Assembly (NCBI GenBank): GCA_016187415.1
Contig: JACPJT010000007.1
Location: 1,289 to 65,288 of the forward strand
DNA: 64,000 nt
Direction: 5' to 3'
Source of the DNA: Candidatus Aenigmatarchaeota archaeon
GTDB lineage: Archaea; Aenigmatarchaeota; Aenigmatarchaeia; CG10238-14; SCSR01
The position numbers and the translations under genes were made by a program. Shown piece by piece: positions 8,846 to 17,944 of this stretch. The notes under the pieces were generated by a model. It made no database searches. It was not told the origin of the DNA and worked only from the letters and a program-made list of their open reading frames with translations. Every line of letters begins with the position of its first letter. Positions within the stretch are counted from its first letter, which is position 1.

Positions 8846-9265
8846 TTATACACGCCTTCCCAATCTTCCGCCTTTCTTTCTCAACTCGCCGTGGGTTGTA
8901 GGAGTGCAGTCTTCGATTGTACCTATTCTCAAGCCTGCACGGGCCAAACTTCTGATTGCAGGTTGTGCACCCATGCCAGGCGACTTGCTGTATTGGGATC
9001 CCCGAGCCCTTACCCTGATATGTATGCCTGTTACGCCCTTTGCCACAGCCGTTTCCGCGGCTTTTCTTGCCGCCAACATAGCTGGAAACGGCATCCCCTG
9101 TTCCCTGTCCTTGTCGGTCATCATTCCACCGCTGCATCTGGCGAATGTCTCGCTTCCAGTCATATCTGTAATATGGATTATTGTGTTGTTGGCAGTACTA
9201 TAGATGTGAGCCACTCCCCACACTTCTTCCTTCCTAGTTTGCTGTTGTTGGTTCTGTACTGACAT
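8846..9265 (-). CDS. rps11: ribosomal protein S11
   Basis: 139 aa, S11 pattern [19 protein letters not shown]...[28 protein letters not shown]. Confidence 0.9.
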   Translation of the reverse strand: MSVQNQQQQTRKEEVWGVAHIYSTANNTIIHITDMTGSETFARCSGGMMTDKDREQGMPFPAMLAARKAAETAVAKGVTGIHIRVRARGSQYSKSPGMGAQPAIRSLARAGLRIGTIEDCTPTTHGELRKKGGRLGRRV

Positions 9266-9749
9266 TTACATCACTTGCGTTGTTTTTCTTTACCGGGGTT
9301 AACTTTACAACTATCTTGTCCTCTTCGTCAACGGGGACCATATAACTAGGGATTTTTACCGACCTGTTGCCTATTATAACATGCCCGTGAGCGATGAATT
9401 GCCTTGACTGGTGTGGCGTATTGACAAAGCCTTTCTTTAGCAGCACGGTCTGCAATCTTCTATCAAGGAAATTTTCTATCGAAAGCCCTAAAATCGTATC
9501 TACAGTCGCGTCCTTTGTGATTAACCCCAATTTCATTAACCTGTCTTTCAGCACTTTTTCTTTTGCGGCATCGTATTTTGCGATAAGTTCCCTTGCCAAT
9601 CTTCTGTATTTTCTAAGCATTGCCTGCATCTTCCAGATTTCCCTTTTGGACTTTAACCCAAAGTTCTTTACGATAGTCTTTTCGTATTCCAGCCTTTGTT
9701 TGTCCCATGGCCGCGATGGCGTTTGATATCGTTTTCTTTGTCTTTTCAT
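9234..9749 (-). CDS. rps4: ribosomal protein S4
   Basis: 171 aa, S4 N-terminal domain plus S4 RNA-binding fold ([44 protein letters not shown]). Overlaps the rps11 start by 32 nt. Confidence 0.9.
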   Translation of the reverse strand: MKRQRKRYQTPSRPWDKQRLEYEKTIVKNFGLKSKREIWKMQAMLRKYRRLARELIAKYDAAKEKVLKDRLMKLGLITKDATVDTILGLSIENFLDRRLQTVLLKKGFVNTPHQSRQFIAHGHVIIGNRSVKIPSYMVPVDEEDKIVVKLTPVKKNNASDVNVSTEPTTAN

Positions 9750-9755
9750 AAATCA

Positions 9756-10421
9756 TCACTTCTTTGCAGGCTTGGCTGCGGCTGGAGCTGCTGTGGTTTT
9801 GTCTGCTTCTGGTTTTGCTATTGTTGGAGATGCTGCTCCCGCTGCGGCTGGAGCTGCACCCGGCTTTTGCAAAACAGCCTTCTTTATCACGCCGACTGTT
9901 CCATCGCCATGTCTGAAAGAGCTTCTTGTTCTCTGCCCTCTTACCGGCTGCCCCAGCATGTGTCTCCATCCACGGTAGGTTTTAAGATCAATGTATCTCA
10001 TAATGTCAAATTTTTTTGCAGTATCCAAATCCGAGCTTGTTAAATGCATATCTGCGCCTGTCGCTGGATCTTTTCTTCGATTTAATATAAATGCTGGCAA
10101 GTTGAATTTTGCCGGGTTCTTAACAGCGCCTTCCAAGTTAGAGATTCCCTCTTCGTTCAACGAACCTAATTTTACATTGGGGTTTATGTTTGCGACACGG
10201 CAGATTGCAAAACTGGTCACGACGCCTATGCCTTTGATTTTTCTCAATGCTCGTACGACTGGTTTTTCGCCATCCAAATCCGTACCGGCAACACGAATAA
10301 TAAGCCTTGGTATGTCGCGCCTTATTTCCGGCTTTTTCTTTTCTTCTTTTTTAGGCTCTTCCTTTTCCTTTCCTTTTCCCTTTGGTTTCTCTTCTTCCTT
10401 GACTCTTTTATTCGAACCCAT
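9756..10421 (-). CDS. rps13: ribosomal protein S13 with unusual N-terminal KE-rich (~35 aa) and C-terminal Ala/Pro-rich (~45 aa) extensions
   Basis: Core IRVAGTDLDGEKPVVRALRKIKGIG...RYIDLKTYRGWRHMLGQPVRGQRT is S13. The flanks are low complexity. Confidence 0.9.
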   Translation of the reverse strand: MGSNKRVKEEEKPKGKGKEKEEPKKEEKKKPEIRRDIPRLIIRVAGTDLDGEKPVVRALRKIKGIGVVTSFAICRVANINPNVKLGSLNEEGISNLEGAVKNPAKFNLPAFILNRRKDPATGADMHLTSSDLDTAKKFDIMRYIDLKTYRGWRHMLGQPVRGQRTRSSFRHGDGTVGVIKKAVLQKPGAAPAAAGAASPTIAKPEADKTTAAPAAAKPAKK

Positions 10422-10603
10422 TCTATCACAGTGATTTAATTCTATATGAATTTAAGCCTTATAAAAATATTGAAAAATAAAAAATGTGCCGACTTCTCCC
10501 ATTGGCCCTTCGTGAACGCCCTTACTTTAGCCCGCGTTAACATTTAAATATATTAAAATCGTAGTTCGTTTGTCCCGTGGACTACTTCGGTAGGAGGGTG
10601 TGC

Positions 10604-11221
10604 GTGTTAGAAGAAATTGAAAAGGCAATAAAAGATTTGAAAGTCAATGGTAAAAGAGGGTTTACGCAGACTGTTGACTTGATGGTTTCTCTCAAAGGAA
10701 TTGATTTGAAAAAGCCTGAAAATAAATTCTCGGACGATGTTTCTTTGCCATATGGCCGTGGAAAGGACGCCAACATTGTTGTTTTTTCTGATAATTTAAA
10801 AGACCTGGATTGCGATATCCTAACATCGCAAGACATTCAAAGATTCACGACCGATAAAAGGGAGGCTAGGAAATTGGCCGTTCAAACTGATTTCTTCTTT
10901 TCGGAAGCGCCGCTTATGCCTTCAATCGGGAAAAGTCTGGGTCAGATATTGGCCCCGCGAGGGAAGATGCCTAAAGTGCTTACCGGCGACGTGAAAAAAC
11001 TTATTGAAACATATAAGAAGAATGTTAGGATTGTCGTCAAAAATGCGCCTGTGATACAATGTCTTGTAGGAAAAGAGGACATGGAAGACAGGAAACTCGC
11101 GGAGAATGTTGAAGCTGTATTGAAATTTTTGGAAATGAAACTTTCACGAGGAAGACAGAATATCGGAAAGGTTATGGTTAAGTTGACTATGGGCAAGCCT
11201 GTAAAGATAGAGGTGAAATAA
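10604..11221 (+). CDS. rpl1: ribosomal protein L1 (probable GTG start at 10604 after a GGAGG Shine-Dalgarno; ORF track begins at 10577)
   Basis: L1 pattern LEEIEKAIKDLK...GFTQTVDLMVSLKGIDLKKPE...PRGKMP. SD GGAGG at 10593-10597. Confidence 0.9.
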   Translation: MLEEIEKAIKDLKVNGKRGFTQTVDLMVSLKGIDLKKPENKFSDDVSLPYGRGKDANIVVFSDNLKDLDCDILTSQDIQRFTTDKREARKLAVQTDFFFSEAPLMPSIGKSLGQILAPRGKMPKVLTGDVKKLIETYKKNVRIVVKNAPVIQCLVGKEDMEDRKLAENVEAVLKFLEMKLSRGRQNIGKVMVKLTMGKPVKIEVK

Positions 11222-11962
11222 ATGCCGCTGGAAGAGAAAAAAACTCAATTGGAAGATTTGAAAAAATTATTCAATCGCTACAAAGTCATTTGCCTAGTTG
11301 ACATGCTTAAGATGCCGACGAAACAAATGCAGATAATCAAAAAATCGCTAGGCGGTAAGGTATTGGTGAAATTCAGCAAGAAATCCCTAGTCGAATTCGC
11401 AATGAAAGAAACCGGGAAGGATCTGATAGGGAATTTGCCTAAGCAGCCCGCACTCATATTTTCGGATTTGGATCCTTTCACACTTTTCAAAGAAATCGAT
11501 AACCTCAGATTCAAAACGTATGCAAAAGAAGGCTATGTGGCCACTGAAAATATAGAAGTAAAGCCTGGACCGACTGAACTTTTGCCCGGGCCCGCTATCA
11601 GCGAATTACAAAAGGTGGGATTGACTGCAGGCGTGGAAGGCGGAAAAATAGCCATTAAAAAACCGTCAACGGTCTTGAAGAAAGGTCAAATTGTAACAAA
11701 GGAACTTTCAGGTGTTTTGAGAAAACTGAAACTTCAAGTTGCAGAAATAACATTGAATGTTGACGCTATTTTTGACGGGATTCTTTACAAAAAAGACACG
11801 CTTGAATTGGTTAAGCAGTACCCAAGCAAGATGAAAGAATATTTTAAACAAGCTTTAAATCTTTCTCTTTCTATTAATTATCCTACAAAGGAAAACATTA
11901 AATATTTGTTAGTTAAAGCATATCAAAGAGTAAAGGCGTTGGAGAAAAAGATTGGTGAATAA
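11222..11962 (+). CDS. rpl10: ribosomal protein L10 (acidic stalk protein P0)
   Basis: 246 aa, P0 N-terminal domain pattern. Position between L1 and L12. Confidence 0.85.
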   Translation: MPLEEKKTQLEDLKKLFNRYKVICLVDMLKMPTKQMQIIKKSLGGKVLVKFSKKSLVEFAMKETGKDLIGNLPKQPALIFSDLDPFTLFKEIDNLRFKTYAKEGYVATENIEVKPGPTELLPGPAISELQKVGLTAGVEGGKIAIKKPSTVLKKGQIVTKELSGVLRKLKLQVAEITLNVDAIFDGILYKKDTLELVKQYPSKMKEYFKQALNLSLSINYPTKENIKYLLVKAYQRVKALEKKIGE

Positions 11963-11964
11963 AA

Positions 11965-12258
11965 ATGCAAGAAGTATACGCTGCACTGATGCTGCATGAG
12001 AGTGGTCAGCAGATTAGTGAAGACAGCGTCAAGAAAGTTTTGTCTAGCGTGGGCGCTAGTGTGGAAGAGGCGAAAATAAAGGCGCTGGTTTCTGCATTGC
12101 AGGGCGTTGATATTGATAATGCTTTGAAGGAAGCTGCTTCTTTTGCTGCACAGCCAGCCGCCGCGGCCCCGACTGAAAAGAAGGAAGAAAAGAAAGAAGA
12201 AGACGAAGGTAAAAAGGCTGAGGAAGCTGCCGCCGGATTGAGTGCATTGTTCGGATAA
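11965..12258 (+). CDS. rpl12: ribosomal stalk protein L12 (P1)
   Basis: 97 aa, N-term MQEVYAALMLHESGQ, Ala-rich hinge, acidic KKEE tail ending GLSALFG. Confidence 0.9.
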   Translation: MQEVYAALMLHESGQQISEDSVKKVLSSVGASVEEAKIKALVSALQGVDIDNALKEAASFAAQPAAAAPTEKKEEKKEEDEGKKAEEAAAGLSALFG

Positions 12259-12261
12259 AAT

Positions 12262-12714
12262 CTACTTTTTCAGAAAAGTTTTAATTGATTTCCTAAGTTT
12301 TTTCCTGAGTTCATCTATATTTTCATAAGTTATTATTTCACATTGCGTAACTTCCTTGAATCCTTGGTAGATAAGTCCTGGAAGGGAGTCCATATCGAAA
12401 TTTTTATTTAAGACGATAATTACCGGCTTCTTGAATGCTTCGGCCATGCCCAATGTTATATTGGGTCCAATACCCTCGTCTGGATGGACTGCCAAAAGTA
12501 TGTCGGCTGTTTGGAATTCCTTGTTCCGCTTGGCGTGGACCGTAATCGGGTTGTATGTTACTTTACCCCAGCGCAGAAGGTCTCTGTAAGTCATGTACGT
12601 GTCAATCTTGAATTCTTTCAGAATTAGATCGATTGAATTTACTAATTTGATTAATTCTTCGGAATTTTCGTTTTTGAAGCTTTGTGCAAGAGGCGCTGAG
12701 ATATAAACCTTCAT
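12262..12714 (-). CDS. nucleoside 2-deoxyribosyltransferase-like (NDT/SLOG-fold) protein, paralog A
   Basis: 150 aa, N-term MKVYISAP. C-terminal GPNITLGMAEAFKKPVIIV resembles the NDT catalytic Glu region. A paralog with the same N-terminus lies at 16730..17188. Confidence 0.55.
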   Translation of the reverse strand: MKVYISAPLAQSFKNENSEELIKLVNSIDLILKEFKIDTYMTYRDLLRWGKVTYNPITVHAKRNKEFQTADILLAVHPDEGIGPNITLGMAEAFKKPVIIVLNKNFDMDSLPGLIYQGFKEVTQCEIITYENIDELRKKLRKSIKTFLKK

Positions 12715-12755
12715 AGTCTTGAATTATAATTTAATAGATTAAAGCAGTTGATAAG

Positions 12756-13853
12756 ATGAACGTTCTTGTAGATGTGACAATCGGACCGGCGATAGAATTT
12801 ATCAGGAAAATTAAAAATGGGAAAGTCGCGATTGTTCATGGGCACGACAATGACAGCATCTGTTCAGCTGCGATAATTTACAGATTGCTGAAGAAAATTC
12901 ATAAAATAGAGCCGAAGCTGGTTGCTTCCGAATTTAATTATGCCATATCGAAAAATGTTCTCAATGAGGTCAAAAAACTTAAAGCTGAATATGTGATAGC
13001 AGTCGATTTGGCCGAAATAAACGTGGATCTTTTAACCGAACTTAGAAATATCTCGCAAGTAATGCTGATAGACCACCATACGCCGCGCGGTTATGTCAAA
13101 ATAACTTACGTGAACCCTAGAAACTACGACAAGTCGATTTACTTGCCAGCAACTTATCTTTGTTACAAAATTTATGAAAAACTGGCAGATGCGAAAGAAA
13201 TCCTATGGATCGCTGGCATTGGGACACTGTCTGACATGGGATTGAAAAATTGTAAGGACTTGTTTGAGGATATAAAATATCATCATAAAGAATTGATTGG
13301 CAATAACGAAAACATAGATGAAATCTTATTTGATAAATCTTTGCTTGGCAAGCTCGCTAAAATTTTTGATAGCGCGAGAGTTGTAAATGGGATTGATGGT
13401 GCCATCGCTGCTTTGGATGTTTTGCTGAAAACTGGGAATTACCAGAATGTCTTAAATGGGGAAGTTTCCGGTAGTAAGAAGCTCTTGGACTGGTATGGGC
13501 TGTCGGAAAAGGAATTCAATCGGCTGCTTAAAGATTTTTCAGTTAAGAAAAAAACGATCAAGAAATTTGTTTTGTATGAAGTGAAATCAAAATATAACAT
13601 GAAATCCGCTTTAGCTACATATTTGTCCAAGAAAATGAGTAGCGAAGTTCTTGTGATATACCAAAAATCTGGCGAGTATACTGATGTTAGTTTCAGGAGG
13701 GGTCCTGTTTCTATCATGGACCTGAATCAACTTGCAATCAATTCAATAATCGGAATGCCAGATTCGAATGGCGGTGGACACATACAAGCCGCCGCATGCA
13801 GATTCCCAACCAGATATTTTAAAAAATTCATGGGAAATTTGAAGTCGATATAA
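12756..13853 (+). CDS. DHH/DHHA1 family phosphoesterase (RecJ-like core or nanoRNase)
   Basis: 365 aa, DHH motifs (IVHGHDNDSICSAA, LIDHHTP) and C-terminal DHHA1 GGGH motif. Confidence 0.8.
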   Translation: MNVLVDVTIGPAIEFIRKIKNGKVAIVHGHDNDSICSAAIIYRLLKKIHKIEPKLVASEFNYAISKNVLNEVKKLKAEYVIAVDLAEINVDLLTELRNISQVMLIDHHTPRGYVKITYVNPRNYDKSIYLPATYLCYKIYEKLADAKEILWIAGIGTLSDMGLKNCKDLFEDIKYHHKELIGNNENIDEILFDKSLLGKLAKIFDSARVVNGIDGAIAALDVLLKTGNYQNVLNGEVSGSKKLLDWYGLSEKEFNRLLKDFSVKKKTIKKFVLYEVKSKYNMKSALATYLSKKMSSEVLVIYQKSGEYTDVSFRRGPVSIMDLNQLAINSIIGMPDSNGGGHIQAAACRFPTRYFKKFMGNLKSI

Positions 13854-13862
13854 TGGTGTTAT

Positions 13863-14720
13863 TTAGTAGTGTTTAATAATAGACATTACTTCATTTTTTG
13901 AGATTTTTCGACTTCTTGCACCGTAAAAAGTTGTTGCTAATGCGCCCATTCCATTAGCAAAGGCACAAACTTCTGGAAGCTCCCATCCTCTAAAATAACC
14001 GTAAATGAAACCAGAAGAAAATGCATCACCTGCACCAACAGTATCTATAGAATTTACTTTTAATCCGTGATACCTTTCATGGTAGTTTCCTTTATAAACT
14101 TCACAACCACCCGCACCATGTGTTATAACAACTAGAGTTTTTCCATTTTCAATTACATCAGTTATGTAATTTTTTTCGACAGTTGCTTCTTCTTTATTTG
14201 AAAATAAAATTTTAATTCTTCTTTTTGAAAGTAAAGGTAGATTTGTGTGTGGCTCTGATAAACCCTGCAAACTTGTAAAGATATATAAACCATTATCGTC
14301 TGCGACTGCAGAAGATTCTTCAAAGAGTGAATGTGTAAGATTTACGTATAAGCTTTTGGATAAGTTCAGGTACTCCACATCTTTGCTTGTTAATTTTCTT
14401 ACTCCAACACCACTGGTTCTTCCTATCCTACGATAAGATTGTGGAGATGTTTGCATTGTCCAAGTTCGAGTATCTCCTTGTAATTTTCTAATTCTTTCTG
14501 TATCAACTCCTTCTTTCCGCAACTCTTCTAGTATAATATGTCCATAATCGTCATCGCCAACAAAACCAATTAGACATGTTTTTAAGCCGAGTCTAGACAA
14601 GTGAACAACAACATTTGCACCACTTCCGCCACCACTTTCTAAAACTGTATTCTCTGGAGTATGAAAAATGTCGATTGCTGGATTTTCAATAGCTATAACA
14701 TCAAAATCTCTGGATGTCAT
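13863..14720 (-). CDS. PfkB-family carbohydrate/nucleoside kinase (ribokinase-like)
   Basis: 285 aa, N-terminal GG motif (ESGGGSGANV) and C-terminal DTVGAGDAF anion-hole motif. Confidence 0.85.
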   Translation of the reverse strand: MTSRDFDVIAIENPAIDIFHTPENTVLESGGGSGANVVVHLSRLGLKTCLIGFVGDDDYGHIILEELRKEGVDTERIRKLQGDTRTWTMQTSPQSYRRIGRTSGVGVRKLTSKDVEYLNLSKSLYVNLTHSLFEESSAVADDNGLYIFTSLQGLSEPHTNLPLLSKRRIKILFSNKEEATVEKNYITDVIENGKTLVVITHGAGGCEVYKGNYHERYHGLKVNSIDTVGAGDAFSSGFIYGYFRGWELPEVCAFANGMGALATTFYGARSRKISKNEVMSIIKHY

Positions 14721-14772
14721 AATTTAGAATTAAAATGCTGTTTTAAAAGTTCGAGAATGTTTAAATCAATGC

Positions 14773-14787
14773 GGTTAATGATTAACC
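14773..14787. promoter_or_regulatory. Perfect palindrome GGTTAAT-G-ATTAACC about 55 bp upstream of the PfkB kinase start; candidate operator
   Basis: Seen directly in sequence (gcGGTTAATgATTAACCccg). Confidence 0.3.
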
Positions 14788-14917
14788 CCGTTGGTTATTT
14801 AAGGAAAAATAGCGGGATTTCCAGCATTAATAAGCTAGTTTAAAGTTGGATTGCCTTAAATTAGGCTTAGATTACCTTCTTTATAGAAGAAGTGGGAAAT
14901 GACCCCCTGCGAAAAGA

Positions 14918-15142
14918 GTGTATAGTTACTTGACCAAATCTATTCTGGTGCGAGACATGAGATGCGTTAGGTGCAGTTCATTTAGGATGATCAAATTCGT
15001 AGACGGGTTTGGTCAAAAAAGAATCTTCTGCAGAGGCTGTTCGGGAAGCTTTCTAGATGGTCCGGTCTTGAGCCAAGAACAAACTAGACTACAGCAATTC
15101 AACACCTATTACAATAGGCGGGCTGTAATAAGACACTTTTAG
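14918..15142 (+). CDS. possible small CxxC..CxxC zinc-ribbon protein (74 aa)
   Basis: CVRC-x17-CRGC spacing. Lies in an otherwise gene-free 600-bp gap. Weak. Confidence 0.25.
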   Translation: MYSYLTKSILVRDMRCVRCSSFRMIKFVDGFGQKRIFCRGCSGSFLDGPVLSQEQTRLQQFNTYYNRRAVIRHF

Positions 15143-15338
15143 GAGGTTAAAACATGGAGGAAATAGCTACGCTCACAAAGACGTTATTGATTGACAGAGG
15201 AAAACGGAAAATCCGTTTCAGCGTCATAAACAAAAATAATATGATGGGATGCATCATCCCATATGACAGATGATTATAAAACTTGCGTTATGAGGATCGA
15301 TGCTCAATTTTATTTTTCTCCTCCTTTTTTATTTTTCT

Positions 15339-16679
15339 TTAATATATAATTCCTTTACTTGAAGCCACGCCTTCTGGTTGGGAACGATCTATTCTAGTTC
15401 CCATTCTAAGTGCCCCACCAAGAACGTAAAATTGTGCTAATTCGGGATTGTCAAAGTGGTGTTTCCCATATGGTATTATACCATTGGTAGGCTCCAGATA
15501 CTCTGAATTTCCTCTTAATATTTCATGCAAAATATCATATGCCGTATTATCAGCAAACGGCATTTGTGTAATATCGGAGGGACCCACATGTAAATAAGCT
15601 TCTAACCCAGCTTTACTAAATATGGGCTCCAAATGATGTAAAGTTGTGCCGTATTTTTTTCTATACTCTTTTGTATGATTGCCGATATAGGAATATCTGT
15701 TACTAATACCGACAATAGCCAATGCCAACATTTTATCGTCTATGTAAAAGGCATTACCAAATCTAACAAGTCTCTGCGGAGACGACTTAACACTTGTAAG
15801 AAAAGCTTGAGCTTCAGCTTCTCCTTCGTCCTCAACTAAATGATGCTTTCCTATGCTACTACCTCTAATTTTATAATCAAACAAAGCACGCCTTGCCATT
15901 ATTCTTTTACCTTCTGAAAAGAGGGCTACATAGCCAGAATCTATAGGTGAAATTAGCTGTATATCAGAATCACCTGTACCGTCAAGATTTAGCTCGACTT
16001 CTATAGCGGCTTCACCGTGTCCAAGCTTTACATTTGCTGTTCTGCGGGCTATCGAATCTCCGCCCAAACCAATTGCTGGACGTGCCTTATACTGACGTAA
16101 CGCATTGCCTTTAGCTTTGTATAGTGCTTCCAATAGATGATGTAAGTCTATCAAACTACCGCCATATGGTACGGATCCCGGAGCTCTAAAGCGTGAAAAG
16201 TGTGCTGATAATGCGTATATATCGGATTGTAAAGTATGCGCCCATTCATCCAGGTTTTCTTTAATCCATCCTTTGGCTCTGTGGGCTAATTGTAAATCAC
16301 GTTCGTCAAATAGATTTTCTGTATCAAGATACAGACGTACTCTCGGGTTTTGTGATTGTTTCAATGCTACCATAGCTACAACCTCACCAAAAGCTATAGC
16401 TGCATATCCCTTACCAAAGATGGGTTCGTTTCTTCTATCTATCTGCCTTTTGAATTCCTGGCTTAATTCTCTGCCGCCCACTCCCCATGCATCCCGCTCA
16501 TCGAAATTATTTAATTCGACAGTTCCGGAAAGACCACCATGCGTCATCGGTTGTTCTATACCAGCATGACCAAGATATAATTTACTATGTTCGCTTTCTC
16601 TTACAGGTTGGGAGTATTCTACGTATGGCCTAGATTTACCATCGAGTTCAGGATCTCTTATAATAATTTCTGTTGGCAT
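15339..16679 (-). CDS. hypothetical protein (446 aa), GC-elevated, distal gene of a 5-gene operon
   Basis: Long ORF with several His-rich candidate metal/ligand motifs (HAGIEQPMTHGG, LIDLHHLL, GKHHL), but no family recognised. Confidence 0.5.
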   Translation of the reverse strand: MPTEIIIRDPELDGKSRPYVEYSQPVRESEHSKLYLGHAGIEQPMTHGGLSGTVELNNFDERDAWGVGGRELSQEFKRQIDRRNEPIFGKGYAAIAFGEVVAMVALKQSQNPRVRLYLDTENLFDERDLQLAHRAKGWIKENLDEWAHTLQSDIYALSAHFSRFRAPGSVPYGGSLIDLHHLLEALYKAKGNALRQYKARPAIGLGGDSIARRTANVKLGHGEAAIEVELNLDGTGDSDIQLISPIDSGYVALFSEGKRIMARRALFDYKIRGSSIGKHHLVEDEGEAEAQAFLTSVKSSPQRLVRFGNAFYIDDKMLALAIVGISNRYSYIGNHTKEYRKKYGTTLHHLEPIFSKAGLEAYLHVGPSDITQMPFADNTAYDILHEILRGNSEYLEPTNGIIPYGKHHFDNPELAQFYVLGGALRMGTRIDRSQPEGVASSKGIIY

Positions 16680-16729
16680 AAAATTCCTTTACTTGAGTTT
16701 TGAAAATAAGAGTTCCTACATTTAAAAAG

Positions 16730-17188
16730 CTATTGTTTAATGCTAGCAAGTTCTTCCCTTAGTTTTGTCCTCAAATCCATTATGTCTCTAAATCTGATTA
16801 TTTTGGAATCTGTTACACCGGTTAATCCTGAATGCATGATACTTGTCCGCTGATTTTCTTTCAATAAAATCAAAACCTTCTTTTTGAAGGCTGAAGCCCA
16901 GCCCAATTCGATGTTTACACCGACACTTTCTTCTGGGTAGGCAATTACCAAATCGGAATTATTCAGTTCTTCGAAAGACTTTCTTCCAACATCTTCTTCT
17001 GAAAGGTTTGATTTACCCCATTCGTGCAAATCTCTATGCGGTAAAAATGTCTGGAAACCTAGAGATTTCACGGCAGACTCTATAGAATCTAAAAAGTTAA
17101 TATAGGAAGCGTCCTTTATCTCGCCATGGATTGAATTGCTTTGTTGAACTGATTTATTGGTATATGGTGCGGATATGTAGACTTTCAT
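16730..17188 (-). CDS. nucleoside 2-deoxyribosyltransferase-like (NDT/SLOG-fold) protein, paralog B
   Basis: 152 aa, same MKVYISAP N-terminus as 12262..12714. C-term VGVNIELGWASAFKKKVLIL matches NDT-like catalytic region. Confidence 0.55.
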   Translation of the reverse strand: MKVYISAPYTNKSVQQSNSIHGEIKDASYINFLDSIESAVKSLGFQTFLPHRDLHEWGKSNLSEEDVGRKSFEELNNSDLVIAYPEESVGVNIELGWASAFKKKVLILLKENQRTSIMHSGLTGVTDSKIIRFRDIMDLRTKLREELASIKQ

Positions 17189-17944
17189 TTATACACCAAT
17201 TAACAAATATTCTAAACTTTTGCTCCAATCTCTTTCAATTCTAGATCTGAATTTAGCAATTGGTGATTCTGGTTTTAAAGATAGTGTTGGGATTTTTTTC
17301 AAGGATTCTGCAACTTCATGTAAATCATCTTCGTTTGGTACAAACAGTTTTGTATAAAATCTTACTGTTGGTCTTCCGTTATCAGACGGAGATGTGGATC
17401 GTGGTGGAGCATAAATTGTAAAAAATGTTGCGCCAAATTCCTTTTCTCTTCTACTAATATCTGGTACCTTATGAGCAAGTTCCTTAAGTTGTTGTGCAGT
17501 TTCTTTTACTGACTTGATTCCTAATAACATTCTGGCAGCTTCATGAGGAGTTTGTATCATAGATACAAGTTTTTCACTATCATCTGAAACTTGTATATTC
17601 GCGTCGACCCAGTAATAGGCCGATGGCACTAATTGTCTCGCTGTAGGATCGTATGACTTGAACCCCGATTTTAGATAGCCTATAACTGGTTCCGGTACTT
17701 TTTGATGTAATTCTTTTAAACGACCTTTTATGGTGTAATTTTTTGGTATTCTATAAATTATTCTACCATTCGCAAGTTCAACACTTGTATCAAATAGTAG
17801 AACTGGATTACCGCCGTTAGATTCTATCTCCAGTTCTTTCTGCACATTATACTGTGCCGATTCCAAATCTGTAGTTTTATCATCAAAAGTATACCTTACC
17901 AAAAATAAAGGAGGTAAATATGGACTAACTTTATCTTCTGTCAC
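17189..17944 (-). CDS. hypothetical protein (251 aa) in 5-gene operon
   Basis: ORF abutting the NDT-like gene with no gap and overlapping the upstream ORF by 14 nt. Confidence 0.45.
   Translation of the reverse strand: MTEDKVSPYLPPLFLVRYTFDDKTTDLESAQYNVQKELEIESNGGNPVLLFDTSVELANGRIIYRIPKNYTIKGRLKELHQKVPEPVIGYLKSGFKSYDPTARQLVPSAYYWVDANIQVSDDSEKLVSMIQTPHEAARMLLGIKSVKETAQQLKELAHKVPDISRREKEFGATFFTIYAPPRSTSPSDNGRPTVRFYTKLFVPNEDDLHEVAESLKKIPTLSLKPESPIAKFRSRIERDWSKSLEYLLIGV

Noticed and set aside
10422-10603. Divergent rps13/rpl1 intergenic region considered for an L1 autoregulatory mRNA mimic, BRE/TATA boxes (TTTAAATATA at ~10541)
   Set aside because: TATA-like elements are plausible, but with AT content this high they cannot be distinguished from background without transcript data. 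The L1-binding mimic could not be confirmed by eye.
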